Of a DNA stretch of 64,000 nt, positions 8,276 to 18,097 are shown in pieces. The stretch comes from an uncultured Planctomycetota bacterium. GTDB lineage: Bacteria > Planctomycetota > Phycisphaerae > Tepidisphaerales > Tepidisphaeraceae. The stretch lies in assembly GCA_963841915.1 (NCBI GenBank), contig CAWJEN010000005.1:736001-800000 (forward strand). Reading direction: 5' to 3'. The translations under genes were made by a program, and so were the position numbers. Position 1 is the first letter of the stretch; each line of letters opens with the position of its first letter. The notes beneath the pieces are model-generated. The model had not been told where the DNA came from, did not search any database, and worked only from the letters and a program-made list of their open reading frames with translations.

Positions 8276-9982
8276 TTAGAACTCCCGCCGCTGCCTGGCT
8301 GTCGGGATCGCCAGCAGTTTACGGTACTTGGCCACCGTACGACGGGCCAGCTCGATGCCCTGATCGGCGAGCTTTTCGACAATCTCGTCGTCGTTAAGCG
8401 GGTTGGCCTTGTCTTCCCGCTCGATGATGCCGCGAAGCTTCTCCTTGACCGCGTCCCAGCTCATGTCCTGACCGTCTTCGGTCGTCGTACCGCCCGAGAA
8501 GAAGCGACGCAGCGGGAACAGGCCACGTGGCGTGTCGATCCACTTCTCGCTCACAGCCCGGCTGACGGTGGCGACGTGGATCCCCAGTTCCTCGGCCACG
8601 CCGATCATCGGCAGCGGCTTGAGGGCTTCAGGGCCCTTCTCGAAAAAGTCCTTCTGGTGCTCGACGACCTTGCGAATGACCCGCTCGATCGTGCCGCGAC
8701 GTTGCTCGATCGACTCGATGAGCCAGCGTGCGTTGCGGACGTTGTTCCCGAGAAACTCCCGAATTTCCTTACGTTCGCCCTTGGAGCGGAAGGCGCCATC
8801 GGTGCCGTTGACGTCGTGACCGTTGGCGGCACCCTGGCCGTCCGGGGATGAGTCGATAACGCCGTCATCGTCGAAATCGTCACTGTGGCCGTTGGTTCCA
8901 TTGACGGCGTTGGAGGCTCGCGTCTGGCGGAGCAGCTTGCGGTAGAGCGCCCGGATTTGCAGATCCGGCGCCGGGTCGCGGGCCATGGCGACGTCGTACT
9001 CCTTCGTGTCCTCGTTGAAGCGGATCGTCGCGTCGGGCGTGATGGGCGGTGCTTCGTCGGGAGCGACGAGCTTGCCTGGGTGCGGGTGAAGGCGACCAAG
9101 CCGCGCCACGGCCGCCTTGAGCTCGTCGATGCTGCGGCCTGTCTTGCGGCTGATCTGCGGATACCGGTTCTGCTCGAGGTCCTTGAGGTGCTTCGTCACG
9201 AGGCACCGCTCGAGCTCGAAGTCATGCCCCTCGGCCAGCTCCTCGTCACGTTCCAGCGCATCGAGCTGAAGCAGAAGACAATCAGCCAAATCACGCGCCC
9301 CGACACCGGCCGGCTCGAGGTGGCGACGAATCAGGTGATGGGCCCTGTCGAAAGCCTCGACGCTCGGCACGTCGACGCTCCTGCCGCGGTCCAGGGCGTC
9401 TTGTCGAACGTCCTCAGGCGGTTGCGGCAGGTAGCCGCGGTCGTCGAGGTAGCCGATAAGGATGCGACCGGCCTTGCAGATGGCTTTGTCACCCTCGGGT
9501 GAGTCGGCACAAAAGTCGGTGAGGGTCCACTGCTCGAGCAGGTGCTCGTCGAGGCTCGCCCCACGGGCGGCCGTGTTGTTCATCGCGTCGAGCTTGGCAT
9601 CGCGCTCACCGGCATAGCTGCCGATGCTTGGCCCGTGGGCGTCGCGTCCGCCTGCCCGGTCATAGCTGGGGCTGTATTCCTCGTTCTCGAGGTAATCGCT
9701 GATCCGATCGAGACGGGCAAAATCGTCAGCGGTCGCTTCGGAGTCGTTGCCGAGGTCGAGGGCACTATTCTCTTCTCGAGTGCCTTCGTTGACGTCCGGA
9801 AGGTCTTCGCGATTGGCTCGCTCTTCGTGAACTTCAAGAACGGGGTTGCGCTCGAGTTCCTGCTCAATTCGCTCCTCCAAAGCCGTCAAAGGCATCTGGA
9901 GGATCTCCATCGACTGAATCATCCTCGGCGTCAGCAGCTGGCGCTGCTCCATACGAAGGCCGGTGGATTGCGTGAGCTGCAT
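8276..9982 (-). CDS. rpoN: RNA polymerase sigma-54 factor
   Basis: Q/L-rich region I (QLLTPRMIQSMEILQM), LEPAGVGARDL, HTH (VAEELGIHVATVSRA) and RpoN box ARRTVAKYR. Confidence 0.97.
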   Translation of the reverse strand: MQLTQSTGLRMEQRQLLTPRMIQSMEILQMPLTALEERIEQELERNPVLEVHEERANREDLPDVNEGTREENSALDLGNDSEATADDFARLDRISDYLENEEYSPSYDRAGGRDAHGPSIGSYAGERDAKLDAMNNTAARGASLDEHLLEQWTLTDFCADSPEGDKAICKAGRILIGYLDDRGYLPQPPEDVRQDALDRGRSVDVPSVEAFDRAHHLIRRHLEPAGVGARDLADCLLLQLDALERDEELAEGHDFELERCLVTKHLKDLEQNRYPQISRKTGRSIDELKAAVARLGRLHPHPGKLVAPDEAPPITPDATIRFNEDTKEYDVAMARDPAPDLQIRALYRKLLRQTRASNAVNGTNGHSDDFDDDGVIDSSPDGQGAANGHDVNGTDGAFRSKGERKEIREFLGNNVRNARWLIESIEQRRGTIERVIRKVVEHQKDFFEKGPEALKPLPMIGVAEELGIHVATVSRAVSEKWIDTPRGLFPLRRFFSGGTTTEDGQDMSWDAVKEKLRGIIEREDKANPLNDDEIVEKLADQGIELARRTVAKYRKLLAIPTARQRREF

Positions 9983-10083
9983 GGTGGGCTTGATCCTGAG
10001 TCGCGCTAAATCGAGTCTGCCTGCCGCCTGCCGGGTCGATGCCCGCCATGTTACAGCCACATCAAGCTGAATCGGGCACGCCT

Positions 10084-10099
10084 CGGTACGGCGTTTGCT
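10084..10099 (+). promoter_or_regulatory. Putative sigma-54 (-24/-12) promoter
   Basis: CGGTACG-GCGT-TTGCT with GG(10085-86)-N10-GC(10097-98), upstream of the TadG-like gene. Confidence 0.55.
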
Positions 10100-10214
10100 G
10101 TCTTACAGTACTCTACCGCATCGTCGGCCGAAGCCAACGGCTGAAATCGATGCGTCAGGCCGATCCTTTCTGTGCGTCCGATAGCGATACGGTCTCCGAC
10201 AGGCGTCTGCTTGA

Positions 10215-11435
10215 ATGGCATGTCACAGCATGCGCCAGTTCCTTCAGCCGAATGCAGTGTCTCCTCCTCGCCCAAGGCGGGGGTCCGTGCTGATGATGTC
10301 GTTGTTCATCATCATGCTCATGCTTGCCCTGTCGGCCATCTCGGTTGATGTCGGCATGGTCGCCTCCGCACGATCTGAACTGCAAACGGCGGTCGACAGC
10401 GTGGCAAGGCATGGAGCCAACGGACTCAAAAGCAGCGTCGCCATCGCTAGAAGCAACGTTGCTTCCGCTGCGTCGGACAACGCGATCTTCGGCCACGGCA
10501 TCACAGCGGCCGACGAGACGATCGAGTTCGGGACGTGGGACTCGTTCAGCCGAACCTTTACCGTCAAAGACGATGACGACGAGTCGATCGATGCCATTCG
10601 ATACACCGTCACTCTCGATGCAGATGCCGGCCGAGGCGTTGAGACGCTGTTTGGGAGGATGATCGGCATCGAGCAAATGACCGTCGAGGCCTCGGCCGTC
10701 GCACGCGTCAACAAGGTGATCGAAGAGATCACGGTGCCCGCGACGGCCAACCCCTGGCTCGCCGGCAGCCCGTACGGAACGGTGGCCAATCAGTTGAACC
10801 CACACGGCAACCCCGACTACGCAGGCGTCGTCGGCAGCAGCGGCTCGCCGTTCGGCTACAGCATTCCCAGTAGCTCCATCGCATCCCTCGCTTTCGACAG
10901 TATCTCAGGCGGTTCGGGGTTTAGCTCGAGCAAGAGCGCTTACTCCAACGCTGACGGACTGAAGAACAGCATCTGGAACAACCGCTTTGCCACCGGCAAA
11001 GTCCGCGACAAGGACCAGCAATACATCGATCGGGACGGCGACGGCAAGCCCGACAGTGGCTGGAACGGGTTCCACAATGACGACGCCGAAGGCACGTATG
11101 GGAGCGAAAACGGCAAGAGCGACCTCATCGCCCCGGCCAACTCGATCATCGGCATCTTCCTGGGACCCAACGGCCCGATCGTCGGTGAGGAGCCTGACGG
11201 CCTCGACTTCTCCACAAAGAGCAGCCGAAACTTCACCAAGCTCTCGCCAAAGATTGCTCAGCCCTTCTTCATCGGCGACGGACTCAACGACAACGGTGTC
11301 ACTCAGGAATTCGTCATCCCAGAAGGAGCGACGCGTCTCTTCTTCGGCGTCATGGACATGTACGAGTGGAGCAACAACGTCGGCGGCTACTCGACCAGCA
11401 TCAAGGAGTATGGCAAGGTCTCGCTGGTGAAGTAG
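10215..11435 (+). CDS. TadG-like Flp pilus minor pilin/adhesin
   Basis: RRRGSV prepilin-like site, TM helix, SVDVG....RSELQTAVD, IEFGTWD, ASAVA, then an extra C-terminal beta-rich domain. Start uncertain. Confidence 0.75.
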   Translation: MACHSMRQFLQPNAVSPPRPRRGSVLMMSLFIIMLMLALSAISVDVGMVASARSELQTAVDSVARHGANGLKSSVAIARSNVASAASDNAIFGHGITAADETIEFGTWDSFSRTFTVKDDDDESIDAIRYTVTLDADAGRGVETLFGRMIGIEQMTVEASAVARVNKVIEEITVPATANPWLAGSPYGTVANQLNPHGNPDYAGVVGSSGSPFGYSIPSSSIASLAFDSISGGSGFSSSKSAYSNADGLKNSIWNNRFATGKVRDKDQQYIDRDGDGKPDSGWNGFHNDDAEGTYGSENGKSDLIAPANSIIGIFLGPNGPIVGEEPDGLDFSTKSSRNFTKLSPKIAQPFFIGDGLNDNGVTQEFVIPEGATRLFFGVMDMYEWSNNVGGYSTSIKEYGKVSLVK

Positions 11436-11505
11436 CCTCCTGCCGGTCGAGCTTCATTATTTCCCGCCTTCCGTCACACCGCCCCGCGCCTAAGACTGTT
11501 TCGAC

Positions 11506-11772
11506 ATGGCCCACGTCATCGCCCAGCCCTGCATCGGTACCAAGGACACGAGTTGCGTCGAGGTTTGTCCCGTCGACTGCATCCACCCGCTGACGGAAGC
11601 CGACAACTACGAGGGCGCCGAGCAGCTCTACATCGACCCCGACGTCTGCATCGACTGCGGACTGTGCGTCGACGAGTGCCCGGTCCAGGCCATTTTTCCT
11701 CAGGAAGATCTGCCTGCCGAGTGGGCCGAGTTCATCGAGAAGAATGCAAAGTACTTCGAAGACAACGGTTAA
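11506..11772 (+). CDS. Ferredoxin (FdxA-type dicluster)
   Basis: CVEVCPVDCI...LYIDPDVCIDCGLCVDECPVQAI. Confidence 0.93.
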   Translation: MAHVIAQPCIGTKDTSCVEVCPVDCIHPLTEADNYEGAEQLYIDPDVCIDCGLCVDECPVQAIFPQEDLPAEWAEFIEKNAKYFEDNG

Positions 11773-11795
11773 GGCCTGAGGCGTAGCGAGACACG

Positions 11796-11833
11796 ACGGC
11801 AAAGTCTTTTCAGCGGCTTTGCCGTTTCCTTTT
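11796..11833 (+). terminator. Rho-independent terminator after the ferredoxin gene
   Basis: Stem acggcaaagtc/ggctttgccgt followed by ttcctttt. Confidence 0.65.
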
Positions 11834-11998
11834 GGCCTCACTGCTCCGCGTTGCGACCATCGAGATCGTCACGACCACGCCGGCGAACGGAAACACCTGC
11901 ACGTCCAGCAGGCCGGTCAGCACCCACCGCGATGGCCCTCGTGGCGGTGGTCGTCGCATCTACTGAGCGTAAGGGCTTGCCGGGGCGTATGACTGTGC

Positions 11999-14302
11999 AT
12001 GGCCGATCTGCTCGTAGAGAACATGCACTGTGCGAGCTGCGTCGCCAACGTCAATAGGGCCGCCAGGAACATCGAGGGCGTGCGTGACATCACGATTGAC
12101 CTCGCGGGCGGTCGAGCCAGCGTTCGGCTCGATGACGAGGCCGAGGCCGACGCAGTCGCACGTGCCATCAGCGGCGTCGGCTTTCCTGCCAAGGTCGTGG
12201 CCGCCGGAGAGTCGCTGGCCGACCGAGCGGGCGCTTCCAAGGAGCGGCAAAACCAGAGCCGCCTCGATGCCGACGCGTGGAAGCGACGCGCCATCATCGG
12301 CCTGATCTGCTGGGTCCCGGCCGAGACGCTTCATTGGATCGGCATGATCGGTGGTGGACACGAAGGACTCACCTGGCACACCTGGGTCGGCGTGGCGGCG
12401 GGTGTGATCGTCCTGCTCGTCGCCGGTCGAGCGTTCTTCGCCAGCGCCTGGCGGGCGGCCAAGCTCGGGCAGACCAACATGGACACGCTCATCGCCCTGG
12501 GCGGTGGGACGGCATTCGCGTACTCCACCGTCGCCCTATTCGGCCATCTCCTTGCAGGCTGGCCTTTACCCGCGCTCTACTTTGCCGAATCGGCGGCATT
12601 GTTCACGCTCATCTCGCTGGGCCACTGGCTCGAAGCCCGCGCTCGTGACAAGACGGGCGACGCGATTCGCACCCTGCTCGACCTCGCTCCACCGACGGCG
12701 TTGCGATTGCCACGACGTGATGCAGAAGTGTCGAACTCTGGTGGCAAGGGCAAACGGCTTTCACTCACCGTCAAGCAGCCCGACCCCGAAGAGGTTCCCG
12801 CCAGCAGCCTCCGCGTCGGTGATCGAATTCTCGTGAAGCCGGCGATGAAGCTCCCGGCAGACGGCACCGTCGAGTCGGGCACGGGTGGCGTTGACGAGTC
12901 GATGCTTACAGGTGAGCCGCTTCCTGTTGCCAAAAAACAAGGTGACAGCGTTGTCGGTGGCAGCGTCAACAAGGAGGGCTCGCTCGTCGTCCGCGTCACC
13001 GCCGCCGGCAGCAACACGACGCTGGCGGGCATCGTCCGTATGGTGGAAACGGCACAGGCAAGTCGCCCGCCGGTGCAAAAGCTGGCAGACAAGATTTCAG
13101 CAATATTCGTCCCGACGGTGCTCGCCATCGCGTTGGTGACTGCGGCGGCGTGGCTGATCATCGGCTTTGCCGGTGACGCACCTGCCGCCACTGTCTGGGG
13201 CAACGCCGCTCGCGCGACGTGCAGCGTGCTCATCATCGCCTGCCCGTGCGCGCTGGGCCTTGCCGTCCCGGCAGCACTCATGGTCGGCACCGGCGTCGGC
13301 GCACGACGCGGCATCCTGCTCCGAGACGTCGACGCCATTCAATCAGCGGAAAAGGTCGACACGGTCGTCTTTGACAAAACCGGCACGCTCACCACCGGTC
13401 GGCCGCAGGTCGTTGCCGTCGAGCCGAGGGGCGACATGACCGGCGATGACCTGCTCCGCCTGGCCGCCTCGGCCGAACGGGGTAGCGAGCACCCGCTGGC
13501 TCAAGCGATCGTCGCCCATGCCCGTTCACGCGGACTCGACCTGCTCGACGCAACCGACTTCAAGAACCATCCTGGACTCGGTGTCGAGGCAACGGTCGAC
13601 GGTCGCAAGCTCACGGTCGGGCACGCCGAACTGCTCCAGGGCGACGAGGTGCCGGAAGTCGAGCCCTCGCCCGGGACGGACGACACGGCGCTGCAGGCGG
13701 CAACGGCAGTGACCATCGGCGAAGCCGGCGAAAAGCTTGGCCGCATTCTTCTTTCCGATGAGCCCAAACCCGACGCCGCAGACATCGTTGCCTTGCTCAA
13801 GAGCCGCGGGATTCGGGTGGCGATGCTCACGGGCGATCGGCACGAGGCGGCCGTTGCGGTGGCGGCGCTCATCGGTATCGATCGAGACGATGTCCACGCT
13901 GACGTTCGACCCGGCGGCAAGCAGGAAGTCGTTGCCGATCTCAAGACGGGCGGCCACCGCGTGGCGATGGTGGGAGACGGCGTCAACGACGCCCCGGCAC
14001 TGGCTGCCGCCGATGTCGGTATCGCCATCGGTGGCGGCACCGACGCTGCCAAAGAAGCCGGCCATGTCGTGCTGGTCGGCGACCGTCTCAGCGACGTTGC
14101 CGCAGCGCTGAACCTCAGCGGCGCGACGATGAAGGTCATCCGCCAGAATCTGTTCTTCGCTTTTGCTTACAACGCCATCGCGATTCCGATTGCTGCACTG
14201 GGTTTGCTCAACCCCGCCATCGCCGCCGGTGCGATGGCGTTGAGCGATGTCAGCGTCTTGGGCAACGCGCTGCGTCTTCGCCGGGCGAAGATCAACGGGT
14301 AA
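11999..14302 (+). CDS. copA: P1B-type heavy-metal (Cu+) translocating ATPase
   Basis: HMA domain MHCASC, TGE, CPCALGLA, DKTGT, SEHPLA, GDGVND, and TM signatures YN and MALS. Confidence 0.92.
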   Translation: MADLLVENMHCASCVANVNRAARNIEGVRDITIDLAGGRASVRLDDEAEADAVARAISGVGFPAKVVAAGESLADRAGASKERQNQSRLDADAWKRRAIIGLICWVPAETLHWIGMIGGGHEGLTWHTWVGVAAGVIVLLVAGRAFFASAWRAAKLGQTNMDTLIALGGGTAFAYSTVALFGHLLAGWPLPALYFAESAALFTLISLGHWLEARARDKTGDAIRTLLDLAPPTALRLPRRDAEVSNSGGKGKRLSLTVKQPDPEEVPASSLRVGDRILVKPAMKLPADGTVESGTGGVDESMLTGEPLPVAKKQGDSVVGGSVNKEGSLVVRVTAAGSNTTLAGIVRMVETAQASRPPVQKLADKISAIFVPTVLAIALVTAAAWLIIGFAGDAPAATVWGNAARATCSVLIIACPCALGLAVPAALMVGTGVGARRGILLRDVDAIQSAEKVDTVVFDKTGTLTTGRPQVVAVEPRGDMTGDDLLRLAASAERGSEHPLAQAIVAHARSRGLDLLDATDFKNHPGLGVEATVDGRKLTVGHAELLQGDEVPEVEPSPGTDDTALQAATAVTIGEAGEKLGRILLSDEPKPDAADIVALLKSRGIRVAMLTGDRHEAAVAVAALIGIDRDDVHADVRPGGKQEVVADLKTGGHRVAMVGDGVNDAPALAAADVGIAIGGGTDAAKEAGHVVLVGDRLSDVAAALNLSGATMKVIRQNLFFAFAYNAIAIPIAALGLLNPAIAAGAMALSDVSVLGNALRLRRAKING

Positions 14303-14316
14303 CATCTCGCGAACTC

Positions 14317-16377
14317 GTGTCAGACACCGCCGCCGATGAACAGACGCCTGATCTTGCGGCGCGGCTTGCGCCTGGCGGCAGTGTCGCGCGGCGTCTCGGT
14401 GAGTCGTTCGAGGCACGCCAGCAGCAGATCGATCTGGCAGCAGCGGTCGAACAAGCGTTCCTCACCGGTAAGCACCTGGTGGCCGAGGCCGGAACCGGCG
14501 TGGGCAAGTCCTTCGCTTACCTGTTACCGGCCATAGACGCGGCGGCGAAGCGGAAGAAGCGCGTCGTCGTCTCGACGCACACCATCGCGCTGCAGGAACA
14601 GATCATCGAGAAGGACGTGCCGCTGCTCCGGGCGGCTTACGACGACGAGTTTTCAGCGGTGCTGGTCAAAGGTCGCGGCAACTACCTGTGCCTGCGGCGA
14701 CTCGACGCCGCGTCGCGCAGGCAGTCGCACCTCTTCGATACCGAAGCCCAGCGTCGCAGCCTGACTGATCTGCAGGAGTGGGCCAGTGAAACAACGAGCG
14801 GGGATGTCGGGAGCCTGCCGGTGCTCCCTGACATGCGCGTCTGGGACGCCGCCAAGGCCGAGGCCGGCAACTGCATGGGCAAGCGGTGCAAGTACTTTAA
14901 GGCGTGTCACTGGCAGGCGGCCAAGCGGCGGATGCAGACGGCCAACCTGCTCGTCGTCAACCACGCGCTTTTCTTCAGCGACCTGGCACTGCGGCTGGCG
15001 GGTGTGCAATACCTGCCCAAGTACGACCATGTCGTCTTCGACGAAGCCCACACGCTCGAAGACGCAGCCGCACAACACTTCGGACTCCGCGTCACCGAGG
15101 GCGGCGTCTTCTTTGCCCTGAAGCACCTCTTCGACGTCAAACGCACCAAAGGCTTCCTCACCGGACTGACCAACGTCGGCGGTGGCAAAGTCGACGAACT
15201 GCTCGGCCTCGTCGTTGATGCCCAGGCGGCGGCAGAGGCGTTCTTCGAGCGGACGCTCTCCTGGCGCGATCGGCACGGCGGCGGTAACGGTCGCGTTCGG
15301 CAACCCGGCTTCGTGCAGGACGACCTGTCGCCGCGACTCGAGGAGATCGCCAAGCGACTCAAAGATGTCGCCGGCAGCTTCGACGATGAAGACGAGACGC
15401 AGCTCGAACGCAAGATGGAGACGACAGCCCAAAGCGAAAAGGTGCGCGTGCTGGCGGGTGGCATCGCAGCCGTCGTCGGGCAGACGATGCCTGACGCGGT
15501 GTATTGGGTGGACGCGACCGGCCGCACCCCGCGGCGTGCGAGTCTGCACGCCAGCCCGGTCGACGTCGGGGAAGGCTTGAAGCTCGCCCTGTGGAGCAAG
15601 ACACCCGGCTGTGTCCTCACGAGCGCCACCTTGGCGACAACGGCACAGGCCAGCGAGGGGAAAACGGTCGACGCGGGTTTCGACCACGTGCGACGCAGAC
15701 TTGGGCTGGGCGACGACGTTGCGGCAAAGCGGTTCGGGTCGCCTTTCGACTACAGGGAGCAAGCCAAGCTGTACGTTGAGACGGGGCTTCCCGAGCCGTC
15801 GGACCAACGGTTCGCCGAGCAGGCGGCAGAGCGAATTCTGCACTGGGTCAAGCACACCGACGGCGGCGCGTTTGTTTTGTTCACCAGCTACAAAGCGCTC
15901 ATCGACGCGGCGAATCGTCTGGCAGCAGACCTGGAACACCTAGGTTATCCACTACTGGTCCAAGGCCAGCAGGCACCGCGGCGGACGCTGCTTTCCCGCT
16001 TCAGAACCGAGAAGAACGCCGTTCTGTTCGGCACAAGCTCGTTCTGGCAGGGCGTCGACGTGCGCGGCGAGACGCTGCGGAACGTCATTATCCACAAGCT
16101 GCCCTTCGCCGTCCCGGACGATCCGGTCCAGCAAGCCAGGGTCGAGCGTGTGGTGGCGACCGGTGGCAATGGGTTCACCGATTACTCGGTGCCCGAGGCC
16201 GTCATCAAGCTCAAGCAGGGCTTTGGTCGGCTGATCCGCTCGCGGAGTGATCGCGGCATCGTGGTGCTGCTCGATGGCCGCATCCTGAGCCGTCGGTACG
16301 GGCGGCAATTTCTTGACGCGCTTCCGGATGTTTTGGTCGAGCAGGTCGACGTTCGCGCGGAGGGTCATCGCGGTTAG
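14317..16377 (+). CDS. dinG: DinG/YoaA-family ATP-dependent DNA helicase
   Basis: EAGTGVGKS, KGRGNYLC, Fe-S cysteines, VVNHAL, DEAH, TSATL, SFWQGVD, QGFGRLIR. Confidence 0.9.
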   Translation: MSDTAADEQTPDLAARLAPGGSVARRLGESFEARQQQIDLAAAVEQAFLTGKHLVAEAGTGVGKSFAYLLPAIDAAAKRKKRVVVSTHTIALQEQIIEKDVPLLRAAYDDEFSAVLVKGRGNYLCLRRLDAASRRQSHLFDTEAQRRSLTDLQEWASETTSGDVGSLPVLPDMRVWDAAKAEAGNCMGKRCKYFKACHWQAAKRRMQTANLLVVNHALFFSDLALRLAGVQYLPKYDHVVFDEAHTLEDAAAQHFGLRVTEGGVFFALKHLFDVKRTKGFLTGLTNVGGGKVDELLGLVVDAQAAAEAFFERTLSWRDRHGGGNGRVRQPGFVQDDLSPRLEEIAKRLKDVAGSFDDEDETQLERKMETTAQSEKVRVLAGGIAAVVGQTMPDAVYWVDATGRTPRRASLHASPVDVGEGLKLALWSKTPGCVLTSATLATTAQASEGKTVDAGFDHVRRRLGLGDDVAAKRFGSPFDYREQAKLYVETGLPEPSDQRFAEQAAERILHWVKHTDGGAFVLFTSYKALIDAANRLAADLEHLGYPLLVQGQQAPRRTLLSRFRTEKNAVLFGTSSFWQGVDVRGETLRNVIIHKLPFAVPDDPVQQARVERVVATGGNGFTDYSVPEAVIKLKQGFGRLIRSRSDRGIVVLLDGRILSRRYGRQFLDALPDVLVEQVDVRAEGHRG

Positions 16378-16387
16378 TGTTGTCGGC

Positions 16388-17509
16388 ATGACGCATGTGT
16401 TGAGCCGACGCCAACTCCTCACCGCCGCCGCCGCTTCGCCGTTCGTGCTTGCCGCGGGTGTCATTGCTGATGAACCCGTGCCGGAGGATCAGAAGATCGG
16501 ATTCGCCATCGCCGGCCTCGGCAGCTACGCGACGAACCAGATTCTGCCCAACATCGCCAGGACGACACATTGTCGTGTGACGGCGCTGGTGACGGGCGAC
16601 CCTGAGGGCAAAGGTCAACGCATCGCCGAGCAGTACGGCGTGCCTGCTGAGAACGTCGTGACCTACGACGACATCGGCAAGCTGAGCAATCGCGCGGGCG
16701 TGGACGTGCTCTATGTCATCACGCCGACCGGTCTGCACATGCAGCACACGCTGGCTGGTTTCGATGCCGGGATGCACGTGCTTTGCGAGAAGCCGATGGC
16801 CACCGACGTCGGCGAGTGCGATCGCATGATCCAGGCAGGCCAGGACGCGGGTAAGCAACTCATGATCGGGTATCGCGTCCACTTCGAGCCGCACAATCAG
16901 CGTGCGATCGAGATGGCCCGCGAGGAGAAGGTCGGACCGCTCCGTCACTTCGAGGGCACCATCGCCTACAACCGCGGCGGCTTCGACGACACATGGCGGA
17001 GCGACTACGAACTGGCCGGTCGCGGCGGGCCATTGATGGATTTAGGCATCTACATGGTCAACGCCGCCCGGTACATCACCGGCGAAGAACCCTTCCGCGT
17101 GCTGGCACGCTTCACCGTTCCTGCTGACGCACCGGCCAGGGCCAAAGGACTTGAGACGCGGTGCTCGTGGCACTTCGACTTTCCGTCGGGCGTAACGGCC
17201 AGTTCGACGACCGGCTACGACCTGTCGGGTGGCAACACCTATCGCGTGATCGGTAGCAACGGCTGGTTCGAGCTTGAGCCGGCGACCGCTTACGGTGGGA
17301 TTCAACTCTTCGAGCGTGCCGGCCGCAGCCGCGGATCGGTCGACGACATCGACGAGCGCAACCAGTTTGCCACGATGCTCGACCACTTCGCCACGAGCCT
17401 GAAGGAGAACAAGCCGAACCTAACGCCCGGCGAAGAAGGCCGCCGCGATGTCCACGTCATGCGGCGCATCTACGACTCGGCCCGCGAAGGACGGGCGCTG
17501 GAGCTGTAG
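16388..17509 (+). CDS. Gfo/Idh/MocA oxidoreductase (glucose-fructose oxidoreductase-like), Tat-exported
   Basis: Twin-arginine SRRQLL, AIAGLG, HVLCEKP, GGPLMDLGIY. Confidence 0.88.
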   Translation: MTHVLSRRQLLTAAAASPFVLAAGVIADEPVPEDQKIGFAIAGLGSYATNQILPNIARTTHCRVTALVTGDPEGKGQRIAEQYGVPAENVVTYDDIGKLSNRAGVDVLYVITPTGLHMQHTLAGFDAGMHVLCEKPMATDVGECDRMIQAGQDAGKQLMIGYRVHFEPHNQRAIEMAREEKVGPLRHFEGTIAYNRGGFDDTWRSDYELAGRGGPLMDLGIYMVNAARYITGEEPFRVLARFTVPADAPARAKGLETRCSWHFDFPSGVTASSTTGYDLSGGNTYRVIGSNGWFELEPATAYGGIQLFERAGRSRGSVDDIDERNQFATMLDHFATSLKENKPNLTPGEEGRRDVHVMRRIYDSAREGRALEL

Positions 17510-17527
17510 CGTGCCGATCAGCAGCAG

Positions 17528-18088
17528 GTGGCACGCCCTGTCGTCGCAGGCGTAGGTTCCTGTGTGCCCGACGCCACGTCAGACTTGTTGCCGTCACCCT
17601 CGACTGCGCACCTTCGCCGCGATGCTGAGGCCAAACGCATCCTGGAGCGGTATGACAGCGACTTTCCGGCGATTATGGCGATGCTCGAACGGCAGTTCGG
17701 CGTGCTGCACAATCGCGTGCAGGTCCTGCTGGCCGTCGCCGGTGTTGTCATCAGCACCGTCGGCTTCAGTGGCAGACTCGTCGCCGGAACAAGCCTGCTC
17801 GCACAGTGGCTCATTGTCAGCGGGTTGTCGCTGATCCTCCTGGCGGCGGCAACGGCCGTGTGGGGCGTGCTGCACCTCCGCTGGCTCACCATGCAGGGCG
17901 GCGAGTCCACTGCCGCCTGGCTCGTCACCAGCCTTCGCTACCGCGATCGCAAAACCAACGCCTACCGCGTTGCAGCTATCTTGCTGCTCTTTGGCCTGAT
18001 GCTGTACGGCGGCGCTCTCGGCGTCATGCTGCTGAACCCTGAAGAAGACGCACTGCCGCCACGCTCACGTGTCATCGAGCGGCCTTGA
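17528..18088 (+). CDS. Hypothetical membrane protein (about 3 TM)
   Basis: Three hydrophobic helices; co-oriented with the upstream genes. Start may be GTG 17564. Confidence 0.65.
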   Translation: MARPVVAGVGSCVPDATSDLLPSPSTAHLRRDAEAKRILERYDSDFPAIMAMLERQFGVLHNRVQVLLAVAGVVISTVGFSGRLVAGTSLLAQWLIVSGLSLILLAAATAVWGVLHLRWLTMQGGESTAAWLVTSLRYRDRKTNAYRVAAILLLFGLMLYGGALGVMLLNPEEDALPPRSRVIERP

Positions 18089-18097
18089 TCGCCGGCT

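Noticed and set aside
16088..16096. Perfect DnaA box TTATCCACA, plus a near match at 15945-15953
   Set aside because: Both lie inside the dinG coding sequence (VIIHK codons for the first) and are not clustered, so they are probably coincidental.
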